DNA of 62,261 nucleotides, counting the filler. It is 3 parts of 3 records of this genome, joined end to end, with 100 filler letters (N's around TTAATTAATTAA, not from the genome) between each part and the next. Parts side by side here need not be neighbours in the genome. Positions count along the whole stretch, not along the records: positions 39,555 to 62,261 come from DRR378314_1700; 2 more parts are not named here. The stretch is one strand, 5' to 3'. How positions within the stretch are numbered: position 1 is the first letter of the stretch; every line of letters begins with the position of its first letter. Shown piece after piece: positions 62,179 to 62,261 of the stretch. The notes below the pieces were generated by a model. That model was given only the letters and a program-made list of their open reading frames with translations, did not search any database and was not told the origin of the DNA. A program made the position numbers and the translations under genes.

Positions 62179-62261
62179 AGGATATCTTTAAGAAATGGCG
62201 GCATTGTTGGGACTGGATTTCTACTATTTGTTGTTATCTATCCCCAACTTACAAAACGGAG
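62179..62261 (+). pseudogene. Start-less coding stub that joins in frame to 39576-39852 through the terminal repeat
   Basis: After TAG at 62176-62178 reads RISLRNGGIVGTGFLLFVVIYPQLTKR, continuing SPVSLV... at the contig start. Confidence 0.5.
62241..62261 (+). repeat. 21-nt direct terminal repeat, right copy
   Basis: TCCCCAACTTACAAAACGGAG, identical to 39555-39575. Confidence 0.95.

Noticed and set aside
39555-62261. Third contig as a phage or plasmid because of its terminal repeat
   Set aside because: No replication, partition, conjugation, integrase or virion genes; all ORFs are chromosomal-type metabolism or transport
1-62261. CRISPR arrays, tRNA/rRNA genes, IS elements, defence systems
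   Set aside because: No regularly spaced repeats, structural RNA signatures, transposases or defence-type ORFs seen by eye

Overview
The window is three unrelated contigs joined by artificial 100-nt spacers (N44-TTAATTAATTAA-N44 at 16163-16262 and 39455-39554). (1) 1-16162 is AT-rich and Pseudoalteromonas/Alteromonadales-like core genome: sdhE-ygfX, nadB, rpoE-rseABC, lepA-lepB-rnc-era-recO-pdxJ, an orphan TonB-dependent receptor, a sigma54-type DUF1328/lipoprotein pair, and oadG-oadA (partial) with PdhR-type boxes. (2) 16263-39454 is GC-rich and Roseobacter-group-like: formate dehydrogenase alpha (partial), a direct-repeat-flanked lrp-azlCD cassette, GST, saccharopine dehydrogenase, a furan-fatty-acid-type operon with a perfect CtrA box upstream, mutL-rmuC, and a urate/allantoin catabolic cluster interrupted by a Cys-less rhodanese plus membrane LysM protein pair, then deoC and an aldehyde dehydrogenase (partial). 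(3) 39555-62261 is Flavobacteriaceae-like: two ECF-sigma/FecR/SusC/SusD units around three exported phosphoesterases with no CAZymes, plus DUF2490 and glgP. This third contig begins and ends with the same 21-mer and a reading frame continues across the end-to-start join, so it behaves like a ~22.7-kb circle or tandem-repeat unit with no visible mobility genes. The best candidates for new biology are that circular phosphorus-scavenging cassette with its shared promoter and hairpin motifs, and the pseudo-rhodanese/LysM module with clustered GANTC motifs. All family and taxon calls come from motif recognition by eye; no searches were run.
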